Made by a program: the position numbers and the translations under genes
Assembly (NCBI GenBank): GCA_942493145.1
Contig: OW818679.1
Coordinates: 399,566-463,565, forward strand
Reading direction: 5' to 3'
Length of the DNA stretch: 64,000 nt
From: an uncultured Bacillota bacterium
Lineage (GTDB): Bacteria > Bacillota > Clostridia > Acetivibrionales > DTU013
Notes under the pieces: generated by a model
Databases searched by the model: none
What the model was told of the DNA's origin: nothing
Seen by the model: only the letters and a program-made list of their open reading frames with translations
Shown here: piece by piece, positions 18,014 through 29,155 of the stretch
Numbering within the stretch: position 1 is the stretch's first letter
Layout: every line of letters begins with the position of its first letter

Positions 18014-19084
18014 GTGATGAACAGGGTAATAAAATTCTCATTTGCAGCTGTTGGTGCTGTTACAGGGATTACACTGACGAGGATTTTCATGGTGCCGAAG
18101 CTCACCGAATCAAGCCTGATAACGGTGATTTACATTATTGCTGCAATTCTGGCTGGGCTGCTGTTCTATTTTTCCGGATTAAAAATAATAAATATAGTAA
18201 TGGATTTCTTTGACAGGGTCGAGCTCAGACTTCAGAGCATGACCCTTTATGAGCTTGCGATGAGTTCTGCGGGCCTTATCATTGGCCTTATCATAGCCAA
18301 TTTGGTTACCATACCTATAAATAAAATTGAAATAGTCGGCACACCCATATCGGTATTTGTCAATATACTTTTTGGAAGCCTTGGAATTGCAATTGCCCTT
18401 GTGAAAAAGAATGAGAGTATCATGGATGCTTTCAAAGGGAAATCTGCAAATTCCAAATCCGGACATGGCTATTCGCAGCCTAAGGTTTTCGATACCAGTG
18501 TTATTATTGACGGCAGGATTATTGATATTTGCAGAAGCGGGTTCCTGGAAGGTGAATTCGTAATCCCGAGTTTTGTTCTTGAAGAACTCAGGCATATTGC
18601 CGACTCGGCAGACGGGATTAAAAGGAACAGGGGCAGACGAGGGCTGGATGTGCTTAATGAATTGCAGACAGAGCTTAAGTTACCAATAAGGATAGAGAAT
18701 GTTGACATTTCACCAGATGCAGAAGTGGACAATGAACTGCTCAAGCTGACGGAGAAGCTGGGCGGAAAGGTACTCACTATTGATTACAATCTCAGCAAGG
18801 TTGCAGTCTTTCAAAAGGTACCGGTATTGAATATAAATGATCTTGCGAACGCACTGAAGCCCGTTGCATTACCGGGTGAAGACATGATGGTGCAGGTTAT
18901 TAAGGATGGTAAGGAAAACGGCCAGGGTATAGGCTACCTTGAAGATGGTACAATGATAGTTATAGAAGGTGGCAGGAGACACATCGGCGAAAGCGTTAAT
19001 GTAACAGTTACGAGTACGCTGCAGACTGCAGCCGGCAGGATGGTTTTTGCCAAACCCAAATATAACATAGAACGTGTAATATGA
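18014..19084 (+). CDS. yacL: PIN/TRAM domain membrane protein (YacL family)
   Basis: 356 aa. It has four N-terminal TM helices, a PIN domain (VFDTSVIIDGRI) and a C-terminal TRAM domain (GESVNVTVTSTLQTAAGRMVFAKP). Confidence 0.88.
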   Translation: MMNRVIKFSFAAVGAVTGITLTRIFMVPKLTESSLITVIYIIAAILAGLLFYFSGLKIINIVMDFFDRVELRLQSMTLYELAMSSAGLIIGLIIANLVTIPINKIEIVGTPISVFVNILFGSLGIAIALVKKNESIMDAFKGKSANSKSGHGYSQPKVFDTSVIIDGRIIDICRSGFLEGEFVIPSFVLEELRHIADSADGIKRNRGRRGLDVLNELQTELKLPIRIENVDISPDAEVDNELLKLTEKLGGKVLTIDYNLSKVAVFQKVPVLNINDLANALKPVALPGEDMMVQVIKDGKENGQGIGYLEDGTMIVIEGGRRHIGESVNVTVTSTLQTAAGRMVFAKPKYNIERVI

Positions 19085-19117
19085 CCGGGGGATCCGGCTT
19101 TGTAGAATAAAAATCGG

Positions 19118-19146
19118 GCAGGGTGCGCCAAGTACCCTGCTTTTGT
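19118..19146 (+). terminator. Rho-independent terminator after yacL
   Basis: GGCAGGGT pairs with ACCCTGC, followed by TTTTGTT. Confidence 0.65.
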
Positions 19147-19192
19147 TATAATTGGCGTTGTTCGCTAATGGGAAATAGGAGAGAATATTGAT

Positions 19193-19930
19193 ATGATGAC
19201 GAATAATATGATGTCAACTGACAGTATACGGGGGAAAAAGGTCTGTGCCTTGATAGTAGCTGCCGGCAGGGGCACAAGGATGAATATGGACCAAAACAAG
19301 CAATATGTAGACATTGCCGGAAAGCCGGTGCTGGCCAGGACGATACAGGCTTTTGAAGGATGCGGTGCTGTTGATGAAATAATAGTTGTGGTCAATGAAC
19401 AGGACTTATCCTACTGCAGGCGTGAAATCATCGAAAAGTACGCGTTCATTAAAGTAAAGTCATTGGTTGGGGGCGGCGCAGAAAGACAGGATTCGGTCTA
19501 TAACGGACTCCTTCAGCTGAACGATGAATATGGGCTGGTACTTGTTCACGATGGCGCCAGACCTTTTATTGATAATAATGGTATAATCAGGTGCATGGCG
19601 GAAGCTGAAAAATTCGGATCAGCCTGCATAGCTGTACGTGTAAAAGATACAGTAAAGAGGGCAGACGAAGAAGGCTTCATTGCTGAAACGCCTGACAGGA
19701 GCAGTCTGTGGCAGGTACAGACTCCTCAGGCATTTAAATATGAAATAATAATTAAGGCTTACCAAAGCGCTGCAAAAGATGGGTTCAGGGGAACGGACGA
19801 TGCTGTACTGGCTGAAAGGCTGGGGTACCGGACGAAACTTGTGCCGGGAAGCTATTATAACATCAAAATAACTACAAAAGAAGACCTACTGATTGCAGGA
19901 GCTATCGCCAGTATGGAACAGAATGGCTGA
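19193..19930 (+). CDS. ispD: 2-C-methyl-D-erythritol 4-phosphate cytidylyltransferase
   Basis: AAGRGTRM P-loop-like motif, VLVHDGARPF and VQTPQAF motifs. The true start may be one of the internal Met codons near 19196-19214. Confidence 0.92.
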   Translation: MMTNNMMSTDSIRGKKVCALIVAAGRGTRMNMDQNKQYVDIAGKPVLARTIQAFEGCGAVDEIIVVVNEQDLSYCRREIIEKYAFIKVKSLVGGGAERQDSVYNGLLQLNDEYGLVLVHDGARPFIDNNGIIRCMAEAEKFGSACIAVRVKDTVKRADEEGFIAETPDRSSLWQVQTPQAFKYEIIIKAYQSAAKDGFRGTDDAVLAERLGYRTKLVPGSYYNIKITTKEDLLIAGAIASMEQNG

Positions 19931-19957
19931 TGCCGGAAATAATGGAGGGGAATATAA

Positions 19958-20695
19958 ATGATATCAGTCGAAAACCTTACCAAGAGGTTTAATGGTTTTA
20001 CTGCAGTTGACAATATCAGCTTCAATGTAAATAAAGGTGAAATTTTCGGTCTTGTCGGTGAAAACGGAGCAGGGAAAACCACCACGCTCAGAATGCTGGC
20101 CACCATGCTAAAGCCGACTTCAGGAATTGCCAGTATGAAAGGGTATGATATTTTATCTGAACCGGAAAAGGTCCGGGCAAATATAGGCATACTCTTCGGA
20201 GGCGAGGCCGGATTGTATGACAGGCTTACGGCCGCGGAGAACATAGCATATTTTGGCGAGCTGAACGACATGGACAAGGATGAGATAAAAGGAAGAACGG
20301 CTTATCTCGCCAAATTCTTCAACATGGAAGAATATATCAACAAAACAGCGGGGAAGTTTTCCAAGGGAATGAAGCAGAAGGTCGCATTTGCACGATCCAT
20401 AATCCATGATCCGGACATAATGCTTTTTGACGAGCCTACCTCTGGCCTTGATGTCTCTGCAATTAAAAATGTGCACGATTTCATACTGGAGTGTAAAAGC
20501 GAATGCAAGACCGTTATCTTTTCAAGCCATTCCATGGTTGAGGTGGAAAAGCTCTGTGACAGATTAGGTATAATACATAAGGGGAAATTGGAATTCAGCG
20601 GTACTTTCGACGAGCTGAGAGAAAAATATGGGGAAGGGAACCTTGAGGAAATATTCCTTGAAATAGTAGAGGACAATGAAACGGTGGGGGGGTGA
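19958..20695 (+). CDS. ABC transporter ATP-binding protein (NatA-like, ABC-2 exporter)
   Basis: Walker A motif GENGAGKTT, signature FSKGMKQK and Walker B motif IMLFDEPTSGLD. It overlaps the permease gene by 4 nt. Confidence 0.9.
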   Translation: MISVENLTKRFNGFTAVDNISFNVNKGEIFGLVGENGAGKTTTLRMLATMLKPTSGIASMKGYDILSEPEKVRANIGILFGGEAGLYDRLTAAENIAYFGELNDMDKDEIKGRTAYLAKFFNMEEYINKTAGKFSKGMKQKVAFARSIIHDPDIMLFDEPTSGLDVSAIKNVHDFILECKSECKTVIFSSHSMVEVEKLCDRLGIIHKGKLEFSGTFDELREKYGEGNLEEIFLEIVEDNETVGG

Positions 20696-21924
20696 TGCGG
20701 ATGAAGGCAAAGTATGTGTGGATAGTGCTTAAGAAGGAAGTTAAGGACATAATTAGAGACAAGAAAACGGTCATCACCAGTATCGCAATACCCATGGTGA
20801 TCATTCCACTGTTAAATATCCTTGTAGGCGGCGGAATGCAGGACTTTCAGAAGGGCATCAATGAGAACGTAACCATAGCTCTCACGGAGAACTCTGATAA
20901 CGAAGCAACAAGAAAGCTTGTGTCCGAGAGGATCATCAAGGATTACGAAAATATCAGGCTGGTAGAAAATGACGGCACGAATGCTGCTGAATCAGTTCAG
21001 AGCGGTGCTGTCAGGGTGGTTATGGAATTTGAAGAGGGTTATGCTGAAAAGTTGAAGGATGGAAAACCATTCAGAATATCGCTGCTTTATGACAAATCCA
21101 AAACCAAATCGGAAGTTGGACTCGAGATACTTACAAGCGCCATTGACAGTTTTAACAATTCAGTCGTCAATGAAAGATTCACTGCCCTTGGATTGGATAA
21201 GGAGCTGCTGGAACCCACTATAATTGAGAATAAAAATGTCGCTGATGAAAAACAGGCGGGAAATAATACAATTGTAATGATGATACTGCCTCTCATGCTG
21301 GGCATGCTTGTTGTTGTAGGAGGGATACCGGCGGCAACCGATCTGGTTGCAGGCGAAAAGGAGAGGAACACCTTTGAGCCGCTGCTTTCGACAAAGCCGG
21401 ACAGGGGCTCGCTTTTGATGGGTAAATATCTTACTGTAACACTTTTTTCAATGGTAAGTGTAATTGCGATCGTAGCAGGTATGGTCATAGGATACCTTAT
21501 CAATCCCAATTCTCTTACAATGGGTACGAGTAATCAAATTTCAAGCTTTTCAATAGAACCTCTGGCGGCATTTTTATCAATTGTCATTGCGGTTGCACTC
21601 GGCATGACATTTTCCGGAATTCAGATAGCACTCAGCACATATGCAAAATCCTTCAAGGAAGCCCAGACATATATGTCTTTCCTGATATTCATAGCGATTA
21701 TCCCCGGATATGCAACGATGTTCATGCAGCCTGCAGATATCAGCCTGTATATGTATGCTGTACCTGTGCTCAACACTATAGCTGCCTTCAAAATGGTGCT
21801 TGGTGGGATGATCGACTACAGTGGTCTGCTGCTTGCACTGGTTACATCTGCGGTTTATGTGGTTCTGACACTCTGGCTGGCGGCACACCTGTTCAATAAG
21901 GAGAAGGTGCTGTTCAGGAGCTGA
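20692..21924 (+). CDS. ABC-2 type transporter permease (NatB-like)
   Basis: 410 aa. It has an N-terminal TM helix, a large extracytoplasmic loop and five C-terminal TM helices. It is translationally coupled to the ATPase. Confidence 0.85.
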   Translation: MMRMKAKYVWIVLKKEVKDIIRDKKTVITSIAIPMVIIPLLNILVGGGMQDFQKGINENVTIALTENSDNEATRKLVSERIIKDYENIRLVENDGTNAAESVQSGAVRVVMEFEEGYAEKLKDGKPFRISLLYDKSKTKSEVGLEILTSAIDSFNNSVVNERFTALGLDKELLEPTIIENKNVADEKQAGNNTIVMMILPLMLGMLVVVGGIPAATDLVAGEKERNTFEPLLSTKPDRGSLLMGKYLTVTLFSMVSVIAIVAGMVIGYLINPNSLTMGTSNQISSFSIEPLAAFLSIVIAVALGMTFSGIQIALSTYAKSFKEAQTYMSFLIFIAIIPGYATMFMQPADISLYMYAVPVLNTIAAFKMVLGGMIDYSGLLLALVTSAVYVVLTLWLAAHLFNKEKVLFRS

Positions 21925-21925
21925 T

Positions 21926-21990
21926 GGGGCAGGCGGGACGACGGGGCAGGCAGGACGACGGGCTAGGCAGGACGACGGGGCAGGCGGGTA
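21926..21990. repeat. GC-rich 17-bp tandem repeat, about 3.8 copies
   Basis: The units are GGGGCAGGCGGGACGAC / GGGGCAGGCAGGACGAC / GGGCTAGGCAGGACGAC / GGGGCAGGCGGGTA. The repeat starts 2 nt after the permease stop codon. Confidence 0.9.
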
Positions 21991-22121
21991 AAGGCACAGC
22001 AGGTTCAGTCACAGACATGCGATTTACATAGAAAAGTTGCCGCAGCCTCCCCCCGCCGCATAGCTGGCCGCGACCGCCTACTAGCGGCACTCGTTATATG
22101 ATCTAATGGTGAATCCTTGTC

Positions 22122-23075
22122 ATGAAAATAAAAAGTAGTATGATTGATAAGGAACTAAGAACTACTGGTAGAATAATGAAGATTATTACTAACAATTTTA
22201 CTGAATCAGGATTACGATTTTTAAATAAACTGCAGAATAAACGTAGGATTAAAATAAAAGATGAATCAATACAGTTCACCGAAGAGTGGATTCCCCGTAA
22301 AGATGGTTCCAAGCTTCGTATTTGTGTATTTAAACCGTTAAAATCCAAGGGAGATGTTCCTGGTTTTCTTTGGCTACATGGAGGAGGCTATGCACTCGGA
22401 GCACCAGAACAGGCAGAGATGATGGCAAAAAGGCTAATTGAAGCGAGCAATTGTGTTGTTGTAGCACCAGATTACCGTTTATCTGTTGAAGCTCCATATC
22501 CAGCAGCTCTGGAAGACAGCTATGAAGCCCTTTTATGGATGAAAAGCCATGCAAAAGAATTAGGAATCAGGGATAACCAGCTTATGGTAGGCGGCGACAG
22601 TGCAGGAGGTGGGTTAACTGCTGCACTTACACTTTATGCAAGGGACAAAGGAGAAGTAGCTATTGCATTTCAAATGCCATTATATCCAATGTTGGATGAT
22701 AGGATGACAAGTGAATCCGCTAAGGATAATAATGCTCCTGTTTGGAACTCGAAATCTAACTTTAGTTGCTGGAAACTATACCTTGGTGAGTTATTTAGTA
22801 CTATAAATGTGCCTTACTATGCTGCCCCTGCCAGGGCAGAAGATTACAGTAATCTTCCACCAACAGCCACTTTTGTTGGTGAATTAGAGCCTTTTAGGGA
22901 TGAAACTATTCAATATGTAGAAAATTTAAGAAAAGCTGGAGTTTCAGTTGATTTTAAAATATATAGGGGCTGTTATCATGCTTTTGAACAGATGTGCCCT
23001 AAAGCAGAGGTAAGCAAAAAAGCAATTTCATTCATTTTAAATTCATTTAAATATGCAGTAGAACATTATTTTTAA
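22122..23075 (+). CDS. Alpha/beta-hydrolase fold-3 esterase/lipase (hormone-sensitive-lipase family)
   Basis: 317 aa, intact. It has the oxyanion motif HGGGY and the nucleophile elbow GDSAGG. It is visibly more AT-rich than both flanks; the first 60 nt have 16 G+C. Confidence 0.85.
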   Translation: MKIKSSMIDKELRTTGRIMKIITNNFTESGLRFLNKLQNKRRIKIKDESIQFTEEWIPRKDGSKLRICVFKPLKSKGDVPGFLWLHGGGYALGAPEQAEMMAKRLIEASNCVVVAPDYRLSVEAPYPAALEDSYEALLWMKSHAKELGIRDNQLMVGGDSAGGGLTAALTLYARDKGEVAIAFQMPLYPMLDDRMTSESAKDNNAPVWNSKSNFSCWKLYLGELFSTINVPYYAAPARAEDYSNLPPTATFVGELEPFRDETIQYVENLRKAGVSVDFKIYRGCYHAFEQMCPKAEVSKKAISFILNSFKYAVEHYF

Positions 23076-23080
23076 CATTT

Positions 23081-24412
23081 ATGTTAAAACCTGCCGGGAA
23101 ATTAAAGGCCTTTATGCTAATAACACTTGCTGCAATATATTTAACTATGACAGCTTCGTGTTCTTCTAATTTAACGTCTCAGGACATCAGCAAGGTTACA
23201 GATAACAACAATAAAACCGAACAGGTCAAACTCAAGTTCATAAACAGTTGGGGCGGTGGAGATTCCAAGGCGGATACCCTGCAGATGGTCTTCGACAGGT
23301 TCATGAAGGATAACCCGGATATCGTAGTGGTGAATGAGTCGATGTTCGGGGATGATTTCCTGCCGAAATTAAAGACAGATTTTGCTTCCGGCAACAATCC
23401 CGACGTTTTTGGCCTTTGGCCAGGGTCGGATATAAAAACCCTTGTTAATGCCGGTAAGGTAGCCGATCTGACGGAAGTCCTGGATAAGGACAAGGAATGG
23501 AAAAGCAGCTTCGGAGATATGTGGGAGCTACACCACCTTTAACAACAGGATTTATGGGTTACCGGTCGAAATCATTTTTGAATGCTTGTTCATTAACACA
23601 GATTTGTTTGAAAGATATGGAGTCAGTGAGCCGAAATCATATGAGGACCTGAAAACAGCTGTTATCACCTTCCAGGAACATTATATCACTCCCATTGCGT
23701 ACAATTACTCTGCCGAAGGCACCTATATATACCAGAATATTCTGGCCAAGCTTGGGGGCAAGCAGGATGTAGAGAATCCGTTTTCAAACGGTGGAGTCGA
23801 CAGCTGCTACATTGATGCGATGAATTATATGAAGGATCTTTACCAGCTGGGGGCGTTTCCGGAGGATGCATACAAACTGACCAGCTATGACCGGAACAAC
23901 CTTTTCAAAAGCGGAAAAGCAGCTATGATAGTACAGGGCTCATGGTTCCTCGGAGAGGATGAGTTTATGAAGGCAGACAGCAAGGTTGATGTGATCAGGT
24001 TTCCATATATAAATGAAGGTAAATCAGACCGTTCATCAATAATATATGGCCTGGGTGCTGGAGTATTCTACATGAGCAGTGCCTCAGAGAGGATCCGGTT
24101 AAAAAGGAAGCATCGATAAGGCTGCTGAAGGCATTGACATCAAAGGAGACTGCAACTTTATTTGCGGAGAACACCGGCATGATAAGCAATGTAAAAATTG
24201 ATGACTCCCAGATAGGCTACAGCCGGCTTATAAAGATGGGCCAGAGCCTTCTTGGCGAGACCAGGGAATTGATAGGACCGCCCGACAGCTATATTGAGAG
24301 GTCTGTTTGGGAAGATGTGATAGTGGACCAGTTCCTCTATGTCCTGGAAGGCAGAAAGACAGCTGAAGAGGTCTGGAACGAAGCTTTGAAGGCAGGAGCC
24401 GCAGGACGTTAG
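23081..24412 (+). pseudogene. Family-1 extracellular solute-binding lipoprotein (sensor-associated SBP), frameshifted
   Basis: Three collinear fragments (23081-23542, 23586-24119, 24134-24412) together span one ~444-aa SBP. They run from the signal peptide with Cys (LTMTASCSS) to the C-terminal EVWNEALKAG. Frame changes occur near 23525 and 24090. Confidence 0.85.
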
Positions 24413-24428
24413 GAAGGCAGGGGGAGCT

Positions 24429-26274
24429 GTGGACTTCAGAAAGGTGTCGGAATACAACAGGAAGCTTGTAGCCAAAAGCCTGAAAAACATTTTCAGGTTC
24501 TATAAAGACCTGTCCATCAAGCGCAAGCTGCTGCTTGTGCTTAACCTGCAGATTCTGATCCCCTTGATTCTTATAAGCTATCTTAGCTACAAAAGCTCTG
24601 AAGAAATCTTAAAGAACAAATCCATGGATTATACCCAGGACATACTGGGCATGATCGAGCTCAGGTTGAAGGATTACGTAAATAACCTTACTGTCATTTC
24701 ACAGGACCTTCTGTCTGATAAAAGCATATATGACATATTGAGCACCGATAACGAGGATAATGACCTTCTTAAAAACTACGAGGATGAATACGTGATTAAC
24801 AACATATTCAGAAAGGTCATACTCTCGAGAAAAGAGATTCAATCCATCTGCATTATCTCCAACGGGCAGCAAAGCACATACTTGTCCGACAATACCTCAA
24901 GGAAAATCAACATCAAAGATGTCATAAACTATGAGGATATGCTATCCAAGGCGCGGGAAGGAGAGGGAAAGGTCGTATGGTACCTTGAAATAAAGGAAAG
25001 ACGTGCGAAAAATGTTTTTCTGATCAGGACAATTTATAATTTGAATACCTTCGAAGAGATCGGCCTGCTTGTAATCCTTACAAACATGGAGTTCCTGGAA
25101 AACGTGTACCAGGACATGATGAATGAGGATATGCAGGATATAGCGATCATCACGGGCAACAATGAACAAATAGTGAGTATGAACCCTGAGAACAGATACT
25201 TGTTTGACAGGGACCTTCAGCAGATCGTCAGCGGAGACAAGGGCTGGACCATAGATGAAGAGGGGGTGCCCTCATTTCATTTGTTTCCATGAAGAATCCC
25301 GACTGGGGGGTGGTTTCATATATCTCCCTTGACAGATTGTACCGGGAAATTGACATTCTGAAGCAGCGGATCATTCTCATAGGATTCATATGCATTCTCA
25401 TTCTGTCCATGCTGAGTATACTCATTTCCTTTGATTTCATCAATCCTGCATGAACAAGCTTGTAAAAGGCATGAGAAAGGTGAAGGGCGGGCATAACAAG
25501 CGTCCGCATAGATGTCGACAGGGGGGATGAGCTTGGGGTTTTTGAGCAGGACCTTCAATGAAATGGTTGAGGAGATAAACCATTTAGTCACATGGAAGTA
25601 CAGTGAACAGATAACACGCAAGGATGCAGAGCTCAAGGCTCTTCAATCGCAAATCAATCCGCATTTTCTGTTTAATACGCTGGAATCTATAAACTGGATG
25701 GCACTGTTTGAACAATGTCCCTGAAATATGTGATACCGTCACAGCGCTTTCATCTATAATGGAAGCCGGCATAGGGAGGGATGACAAACTAATAACAGTG
25801 GAAGAGGAGTTCTGCTATATTGACAATTATATACGTATACTTAAGAACAGATTTGAAGACAGGATAGAGCTCAGAAAAGATGTGCAGTATGATGTTCTGA
25901 AGATCCTGATCCCGCGGCTGTTGATCCAGCCTCTAGTTGAAAATGCCGTTTATCTTGGAGTCGAAAAGATAAGAGGGAAGGGTATTATCAATCTGAGGGC
26001 TTTTTCTGAGGGAGAAACCATGAAAATTGAAGTCGAGGATAATGGACAGGGAATTGAAAAAGATGACCTTGATGGTATCAATGAAAGGCTGTCGGTAGAT
26101 AACGAGACTTATTTCAATCACCTGCAGACGAAAAACAACAAGAGCATAGGCATAGATAAGTGAACCGCAGGATCAAGCTTTTTGACGGGGAGGATTACGC
26201 CCTCCGAAAATCGAAAGCCGACAGGCAGATGCTTTACGAAGGCTATTGTTACTATACCCGCTGAAGCAAAGTAA
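24429..26274 (+). pseudogene. YesM-type sensor histidine kinase (TM-sensor-HAMP-His_kinase-HATPase), multiply frameshifted
   Basis: Fragments are 24429-25292, 25512-25724 and 25708-26163, plus unlisted short pieces. The HAMP region (DELGFLSRTFNEMV), H-box (LKALQSQINPHFLFNTL) and N/G boxes (LIQPLVENAV, VEDNGQGI) all sit in different frames. The tail VNRRIKLF...IPAEAK ends at 26274. Confidence 0.85.
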
Positions 26275-26362
26275 TAGTGGGGGGAGGTTGAAATTAAGTT
26301 CGGAAAGAGGCACATTGGGAAACATTGGGTAAGTATATCGGCAAATAAACATGGAGTGTAAA

Positions 26363-27996
26363 ATGTTCAAGGTTTTAATAATCGATGATGAGCCTGTAAT
26401 ACGGAAGGGCTTGAAAAACATCATCAACTGGAACAGGTTTGACTGCGAAGTTTGTGGTGAAGCCGCTGATGGTATTGCGGGTGGAGAGCTTATAAAGCAG
26501 CAGCTCCCGGATATTGTATTCACCGATATCCGTATGCCTGAAGTGGACGGATTGTCGATGCTTCGAGATATAAAGGACCTGATACCCGACAGCAAGGTTA
26601 TAATCCTGACGGGCTATCGGGATTTTGACTATGCCCAGGAAGCGATAAAGCTTGGAGCCTTTGATTTTATTATGAAGCCTTCAAAAATCGAAGAACTCAC
26701 GGCTGTTGTAAAGAGAGCTGTCAGGGAACTTAAATTCCAAAGGGATAAAACCGAGGAAATCGATAAGCTCAAGAAGCTTTTTGAGCAGAACATACCCATA
26801 CTGAGGGAAAAGCTTTGCTGTGACATCATTTACGGCATAAATACCAATAGTGATGAGATACATGCAAAGATGGAGCTCTTCAATATCCATATAGAACGGT
26901 TCAGGCTGGTAGTCGTTGAGATTGAAGATGAAGATATGCAGAAAATGGAGAACGACCAGTATAACGAGCAGCTCTATCAGTTCGGCATCATCAACACCTT
27001 TGACGAGGTGTTTGCCGAAGATTTCAGGATCATGAGCATTTCCCTGAACAGTAAAAGGACTGCATTCGTTGTACAGCCATACGAAATGAAAGATGATTAC
27101 CTGGAAATCATAAATAACCGGTGCACTTATATGCAGGACATAATACAGAACTGCTTCGGATTTACAGTGACCATGGCCCTTAGTACCGAGGGCGATGGCG
27201 CGATGCAGCTTCCGGCAAAGCTTAAGGAATGTCAGGAAGTACTGGAACACAAATTTTACATCGGAAACAATTCAATCATTTCGTACATGGACATGAATTC
27301 ATTCTTTAAATTTACCGATTATTCCATTCTGGACGAGCACCAAACAGCACTTATGATTGGTATCAAGACCGGGAATGAGGCTGCAGTCAGGGAAAAAGCA
27401 GCTGAATTATACGGTTGCATCAACAGCCTGGGGGAATATGAACAATGAAAATCTGCGCAACTCTTATTGGAATGCCATATCTTCAATAAACGACATCAGA
27501 CTTTCGGTGGCGGAGGCAAATGATGAAAAGAGCGGCAAGTACAGGGATCTCGGCAGCCTGAAGAAGATGCTGGAAAAGACCTCGGACAGGAAGACGCTTC
27601 ATGATCTTCTTGAGGAGATAGCAGTAAGTGTGACTACTAAGGTAAACAACTATAACAACAAAAGCCTGAAGCTCATTTTGAGAAAGGCAATTGACTATTT
27701 GAACGCACATTACAATGAGCCGATAACGTTGAATGAGGTTGCCGAGCACACTTATGTCAGTACCTTTTATATAAGCAGGATGTTTAAAAAAAGAGCTGGG
27801 GAAGAATTTTGTGGACTATTTAAATGGAATCAGGGTGGAAAGAGCCAGGGAACTGCTTAAGGATGTGAAGTACAAGACCTACGAGGTGGCTGAGCAGGTT
27901 GGTATACCTGATGCCCATTATTTTTCAAAGATTTTCAGAAGATATACAGGTATGACTCCCACAGAATACAGGGAGCAAAAAAATACACTTCTATAA
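26363..27996 (+). pseudogene. YesN-type response regulator (CheY receiver + AraC HTH), frameshifted
   Basis: The receiver MFKVLIIDDEP...DIVFTDIRMPEVDG is intact. The body continues in a second frame from ~27440. The second AraC helix-turn-helix (IRVERARELL...GIPDAHYFSKIFRRYTGMTPTEYR) is in a third frame from ~27811. Confidence 0.85.
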
Positions 27997-28225
27997 GACA
28001 ACATATCGCAACATCAAACAATATAAAGCAATATGCTCTATTCATTTAACTTCAGAAAATTCTTAAACTGAATACAGGTACATATGTTGCATCAAACATT
28101 TTGGATGCAACATTATGAAAACAGATTTGGGACAAATAGGCCGGGGGGTGGGTTGCACTGTGGCTGCAATTGTTCAGGTCAGACCTGTATCAGGTTCAAA
28201 ATGTTCAAAAGATTTATTCAGAACC

Positions 28226-29135
28226 ATGAAAAAAAACTGGGCGTTTTTTGCCATGCTGCTGCCCGGTGTAATTGTTTTGATAGTCAACAATTACATACCC
28301 ATGTTCGGTGTAGTAACAGCTTTAAAAAGTACAGATTTCATGGCAACTCTTTTTAACAGCCTGATCCAAAGTGATTGGGTAGGTTCGAATAATTTCAGGT
28401 TCTTCTTCGAAACGCCGTATGCCTATCAGACAACCCGCAATACCATCCTGTATAACCTTGCATTCATCATACTTGATCTGATAGTGCCGATATTTCTTGC
28501 AGTATTACTTAATGAGCTGCAGGGGAAGAAAACTCTCAAGGGTTTATCAGAACCTTATGTTTCTCCCATTTTTTCTTTCCTGGATTGTCGTGGGTTATCT
28601 TGCATACTCATTCTTCAGCATTGATTTTGGGTTTATCAACAGAGGCGTATTGGATGCACTGGGGTTGGAACGGGTGCAATGGTACTTTGAACCTAAGTAC
28701 TGGCCGTTCATCATTACTTTCTTTCAGATGTGGAAGTACACGGGGTATAACATTGTGGTCTATATTGCCGCCATCTCCGGCATCAACAATGAGTACTATG
28801 AGGCGGCGGCTATTGACGGAGCAAAGAAACTGCAGCAGATACGGTATATCACCCTTCCCATGCTGCAGCCAATGATGATCATCCTCACGCTGTTTGCGGT
28901 AGGAAGGATATTCAATGCGGATTTCGGTCTCTTTTTCAATGTTACCCGTAACAGCGGCGCACTGTATCAGACGACCAACGTCATTGATACCTATGTATAC
29001 AACGCGCTGCGCAATTCAAGTGATATTGGGATGACGGCTGCGGCAGGATTGTATCAGGCAGTGGTCGGCTGTATTACCGTCAGTATAGCAAACCTTGTTG
29101 TAAGAAAAATTGACAGTGAAAAAGCGCTGTTTTGA
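28226..29135 (+). pseudogene. LplB-type ABC sugar permease, frameshifted
   Basis: Two overlapping fragments (28115-28624 and 28497-29135). The EAA loop EAAAIDGAKKLQQIRYITLP is in the second frame. The length of 910 nt is not a multiple of 3. Confidence 0.85.
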
Positions 29136-29155
29136 GGAGGGGCCATATGTTCAGC

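Noticed and set aside
21926-21990. Tandem repeats (also 55361-55415) as CRISPR arrays
   Set aside because: The units are 17 and 11 bp and directly abutting, with no spacers. There are no cas genes in the window.
22100-23080. Esterase segment as a mobile element
   Set aside because: There is no transposase, integrase or recombinase gene. I could find no terminal inverted repeats or target-site duplication. Only compositional evidence for foreign origin exists, so it is reported as a finding, not as a mobile element feature.
26681-27250. 189-aa minus-strand ORF within the response-regulator pseudogene
   Set aside because: It is antisense to recognisable YesN-type sequence, with no motif. It is a shadow ORF.
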